From the NCBI GenBank assembly GCA_004431415.1, contig QPMI01000521.1:124001-188000 (forward strand): 64,000 bases of DNA, given 5' to 3'. The position numbers and the translations under genes were made by a program. Under the pieces are notes generated by a model, which was given only the letters and a program-made list of their open reading frames with translations, did not search any database and had not been told where the DNA came from. Position 1 is the stretch's first letter, and each line of letters starts with the position of its first letter. Shown in pieces: positions 59,256-64,000 of this stretch. This DNA comes from Cyanophora paradoxa CCMP329. Its lineage: Eukaryota; Plantae; Glaucophyta.

Positions 59256-62200
59256 ATGCCCAGCAGCCGCTCTAGCGGCGCTCGCGCGTCGGCCGCGCGG
59301 CCCGAGCTGCCAGCGCGCGCAATCGACTCGGCGAGGCAGTTCCTGGCATCGGCAGCGGGGACGTTCGGCAGCAGCGGCTCGACTCCCGCCGCTCACGGGG
59401 TGCGCGCCGGGCCTGCCAGTGCGTGCGGCCAGCCGTCTGGCCGGCGCCGCGCGGCGCACGTCGTGCTGGTGGCCGAGCGCACGCGTAAGGCCAGCGGGCG
59501 CCTGCCGCGCTCTTTCTCCGCCGCCCGGCACGGCCTCGCTTTCCAGCGGGCCGCGCACGCTGCCGGCGAAGCAAAGAAGGACGAGGCGAAGCCGGGGGAA
59601 GCGAAGGAGGCGGCGAAGGATGAGAAGGAGGAGGAGCAGAAGAACCCTCGCCAGGCTGCGGCTCTGGCCATCACGGAGACGCCGCCCGCCAAGCTGGCGC
59701 CCTCGGCGTGGGAGGTGCGGCCCCGCTGACCCGCCCCGCACAACGTTGCCCAGATCCGACGCCCGTCCCGCAGAACGTCATCTTCTCGGCGACGGCGCCC
59801 ATGATCGCCGTTCTGTTCACGAACGTGCGCCGCCGCCCCCGCCGCCCGCCCGCCCGCGCCTGCGCCTGCGCTGACCTCTCGGGTCTTCCGTAGCCCTTCG
59901 ATGTGGCCAAGGCGCGCGAGCGCGAGCCCTCGGAAGGTTTCGCATACCCCTCACGCGCCCCTCCCGCAGACGCGCATGCAGCTCCAGGGCGAGCTTATGC
60001 GCGCCGGGGAGGTTCGATTTCGCCCCGCGCGCCGCCCTGATCGGCTGCGGCTGAGCCGGGAGGGGGTACAGGGGCGCAAGTTCGCGAACGTGTTCGATTG
60101 CCTCATCAAGACCGCCAAGTACGAGGGCTTCGCCGGCCTCCAGAAGGGTACGGGATTCGACGGGGAGAGGTGGGGGTACGGCGGGCCGAGGGGGGTACGC
60201 CGCGCAGGCCTCGGGAGCATGCTGGTGCGGGAGGCGCTTATTAATAGCCTCCGGCTGGGCACCTTCGAGCCCATACTCCACCGCATCCACGACCGCGACC
60301 TGGGGTACAGCCCTCCGCCCGCCTTCCCCCCCCCCCCCCCCCCCCCCCCCCCACCTCTCTTTGACCCCATCCTGCAGCCCGGCGCCCATCTTCAAGAAGC
60401 TCATCGCGGGCGGCATCGCTGGGTGCGCTGTACCCCCGAGCCCGCGACCAACTCTCTAGGGGAATCCGCTGCTCTTTTAAGCCAAGTTAAGAATACGAGT
60501 TTGAGCCCTGAAGCTTGACGCTCGGGCCGGGGGCAGGGCGCTGGGCTCCTTCGCGGCGAACCCCGTCGAGCTCGTCAAGACGCGCCTCCAGGTGCCCCCT
60601 CTCTGAATTAAAAGGGCCCCCCGCGGGACTCGAACCCGGTCCGGCTGGCAGAGCCGGGCGAGCTCGAACATCGCCGTGGGCAACCAGTTCGAGTACTCCG
60701 TGCGCCCCGCCCGCCCCGCCCCGCCCCGCCCCGCCCCGCCCCGCCCGCCCCGCCCCGCCCACCCGCCCGCCCCGCCCCGCCCGCCCCGCCCCGCCCCGCC
60801 CGCGCCCCGCCCCCTCGACCGCGCCTTAGCGCCGCCCCTCCTGCCTGTGGAGAGCCGCATAGACATAAAGAAGCCTGGAGGCAAAGGCACAAAGAACAAG
60901 CGCAAGGAGCTCGGAGGCGGGGCGCTGAGGGCGGGGCGGGGCGGGGGCGCAGGGCCTGCTGGACGCGGCGGGGAGCATCGTGCGCGAGAACGGCGTCACC
61001 GGCCTCTGGAAGGTCCGCCTTTCGCCCCGAGTCCCCGCCAAGCCCCGCCAGGCCCCGGCCCGTCAGGCCCGACGCTGCTGCTGCGAGGGGGGGGCCGCCT
61101 CACCAGCCAGCGCCGCCGTCTTTCTCTGCGCGACCCTTGCTCCGCTCACGCGTCCATCTCGCGCGCAGGGCGCGAGCGCCGGCGTGCTGCGGTCCGTCGT
61201 CGGCAACGCCACCATGCTCACCACCTACCAGCAGGCCCGCCTTGGCTTCGCCCCGCTCCGCTTCCCTTCCCATCGCTTCCCTTCCCTTCCCTTCGCTTGG
61301 CTTCGCCGCATATAGGTCTTACCTTCGCTAAGCCCAGCCCGGCTTAGCTTCCCTTCCCTCCGCTTAGCTTTACGTCCGCTCCCTTAGCTTAGCTTCGCTC
61401 TGACGTCCGCTCCCTTAGCTTAGCTTCGCTCCGCTTAGCTCCGCTTCCCTTGCCTTTGCTTCGCTTGGCTCCGCTTGGCTTAGCTCCGCTCCGCTTAGCT
61501 CCGCTTGGCTCCGCTCCGCTTAGCTTCGCTTCGCTTGGCTTAGCTTCGGCGCAGGCGAGGGAGTGGTGCGTGCACGGGGCGAGGCTGCGGGACTCGCCGG
61601 CCGCCAGCGTCGCCTCCTCCCTCGCCGCCGGCCTCGTCTCCTCCCTCGGTAGCCCCCCCGCGCCCCCGCGCCCCCCACCCCCCCCACCCCCCCACCCCCC
61701 CGGGCCCCTGCGCACCCTTCAGAAAACTTCTCTGGTTAAAGAAGAATTTTAAGCCACGGAATTAGTTAAAGAAGGGTTTCTAGCCACGGAATTAGTTTAC
61801 GATCGCGAGTCTGAGATTTGCGGGATGGATCGTGGATTTATGCATTGGCTCCTTGGGCTTCCTCTTACTTCCTAGCCACGGATTTAGCTAACGAGTCTGA
61901 GATCGATGCCTCCGCTCCTCCCTCGTGGATTTATGCCTTCACGCTTTCCTCTCACTTCCTTCCTTCGAACCGCAGCGCTCAACCCCGTGGACGTCGTGCG
62001 CGCCCCGCCCCGCCGGACGCCCCGCGCGGCCCCGCTCAGCTGAGCCGGGCGGCTGTGGGCGGCAGGTGCGGACGCGGCTGTACAACCAGCGGTACTCGCA
62101 GGACGGGCGCGGGGCGACCTACTCCGGCATCCCCGACGCCGTCTGGTCCGCCCGGGGCGAAGCTAGAGGCGGGGGGGGCCGGGACGCCCGGGAAGGGAAG

Positions 62201-64000
62201 GCGGCTACATGCTGCGCTCTCCCAAGAGACGTGCCGAGGGCAGCGGCGAGTGCCGAGACGTGCAGCGGCTCCGCCCGAGGCGAAGGGTGGCGGGGGGGGG
62301 GGCTAGAGGGGACGCCCCCCGGGCCGCCCGGGCCAGACAAAGAGACGGGAGGGCGGCTGGCGGCCGGCGCCCTCCGAAGACTAGACGGCTGGAGCCTCGG
62401 AGGGGAGGCCGCCCTCGTCCTCCTAGGAGGAGAGCGCGGCCGGACTAGACTCGGCAGCGACAACGCCCTTGATTTGCTGCCGTCCGATCGCTGACCCGCG
62501 GGCGCGTTTTCGTGCGCAGGAAGATCGCCACCACGGAGGGGCCCGTGCGCCCCCTCCTTCTTCTTTTGCGCCGTACCCCTGTGAGTGAACTGACGCGCGT
62601 ACCCCGCCAGACCGCCTTCCTCAAGGGCTTCTCCTCCAACTAGCGCGCACTCCCCGCTCGCGGCGCGCGCCGTACCCCTCTCCCCGCTCACGGCCCGCCG
62701 CAGCCTTTTCCGGGGCCCCCAGATCCTCATCTCCTTCAACATGTACCCCCCTACTCCCCCTCGCCCCTCGCTCTGCCTTCCGACCGCGTACCCCTCCTCG
62801 CAGCATTGAAGCGTTCAAGCACACCGCGAAGCAGCGCCTCCGCGTGCGTACCCCTGAGCTCTTCTTCCCGATACCCCACCCCGCCCGGCCCTGACCGGCG
62901 CCGCAGGAGAAGCTGCAGACGCGGAACACGTACGCCCTCTTCGCCTCCCTCGACCGCGACGGCGACGGGCGCATCGGTACCCCCCCCCCCACCCGCCCAG
63001 CCCATGTTTTGCGTACCCCGGATCGCACCCGAGCGCGCGAGCGCCCCTCAGCGGAGGACGACTTGCTCGAGCTCGTGAAGCGCGCCTACGCGCGGGGTAC
63101 CCCCCTCGCGCTCCGGGTCCCCGGGGAGGCCAGGCGCGCCCCCACGGCCTTGTACCCCCCGCGCTTCTCCCAAAGACTAACTCTCTCTTTGCGCAGCGAC
63201 GATTTGTACGGGGCGGCCCTTCGCGCGAAGGCGAGCGGGGACCCCCTCTCCTACCCCCTCTTGGCTGACCCCGGCTCGAACCCAGGTGGCGGAGATCCTG
63301 AAGCTGGCGGGCGCCGAGGCCTCCCGCGACGTGCGTACCCCGCTTTCCGAATCGCCTACCCCCGCTGACTCGCGTACCCCCCGCAGCTGGACCAGAGGGG
63401 CTTCGACCGGGCGCGTCGCTCGCTCTTCGGCCTCGCCCGCCGGCGCGCCCCGCCCGCGCCCCCGCCCCCGTCGCCCCCGCCACTGACGGCCCCGCGCGCG
63501 CGGCCGCAGGGCGGCGGAGGGCGAGGCGTTCATCGCTCTCGACGCCGACAAGTGCGCCCTTCTTACCAACCAAATAAATTCGAACCTAAGGAACGAACTA
63601 GACTCGGCAATTTACTGAGCCTTTCTACCCTGGCCCTCCCCCCGCCCCGCCCCTCCCCATCCCCCCTGACGGCGCCGCGCGGCAGGGATGGGCTGCTGTC
63701 GGAGGCTGACCTCGAGGCGGCGCTCCGGCCCCTCGCCCAGGCGCCCCCTCCCCCCCTCCGTTCCCCCTCAGCTGCCCCTTTTAAGAGAGCTAAAGAGCTC
63801 AAGATGAAGCGGAGTCTAGCCGACGAGCCACGGGCCTGGCCGACGCCCCGCTCTCCCCTCTCCCCTCCGGGTCCCCGGTTGTGGGCTGAGGCGCGCGCGC
63901 GGGCGCAGGGGGCGGGGGCGGGTGCGGAGGAGGCGGCGCGGGGGGCGGCGGCGCGGCTCGTGGCCCACGCCGACCGCGACCGCGACGGCAAGGTGCGAGA
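59256..64000 (+). CDS. Mitochondrial carrier (SLC25A34/35, Oac1-like) with C-terminal EF-hand domain; 3' end beyond window
   Basis: Three carrier signatures: TN|PFDVAK|TRMQLQGEL, NPVELVKTRLQ and NPVDV|VRTRLYNQ. Subfamily-like motifs IAVGNQFEY, EGFAGLQK|GL and NYLFRGPQ. Then EF loops DRDGDGRIAEDD, DADKDGLLSEAD and DRDRDGK. Confidence 0.92.
61240..61548 (+). repeat. Degenerate pentanucleotide microsatellite (GCTTA/GCTTC/GCTCC/GCTTG) filling a carrier intron
   Basis: For example CCGCTTGGCTTAGCTCCGCTCCGCTTAGCTCCGCTTGGCT. Confidence 0.9.

Noticed and set aside
1-64000. Most Arg/Pro/Gly/Ala-rich ORFs in the supplied track, and a species assignment
   Set aside because: Such ORFs are expected from stop-codon scarcity at high GC and from read-through into introns. 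The style is compatible with a high-GC flagellate alga such as a glaucophyte, but this cannot be established without a search.

Overview
GC-rich, very intron-dense eukaryotic DNA (introns mostly 45-90 nt) from a flagellated protist or alga. Most of the supplied ORFs are spurious, so genes were reconstructed by splicing by eye. Nine protein genes: 3' part of a glycogen/starch phosphorylase (+), ARL13 (-), a BTB protein (+), a RING/TRAF-Zn/IQ/coiled-coil protein (-), an F-box/LRR protein (+), an aaNAT-like GNAT (-), a ~31 kb gene (-) for a giant surface protein, a PG-rich STPG/SHIPPO-like protein (-), and an Oac1/SLC25A35-like mitochondrial carrier with C-terminal EF-hands (+, runs off the window). 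Three highlights. (1) The 163-bp tandem repeat in an ARL13 intron is a cluster of three box H/ACA snoRNAs; each has two guide pockets matching conserved LSU rRNA, one in the peptidyl-transferase centre. (2) The giant protein has a signal peptide, dozens of an unfamiliar ~100-aa Cys-pair filamin-like module (partly in an 8,991-nt exon with 1,542-bp tandem repeats), IPT, PKD and SEA-like domains, a Gly/Ala tract and a TRP/Flc-like membrane domain. (3) The carrier has its EF-hands at the C-terminus, opposite to known Ca2+-regulated carriers. GC-AG introns are frequent and non-coding DNA shows regional palindromic motifs. No database searches were run; family assignments and rRNA sequences are from recalled motifs.
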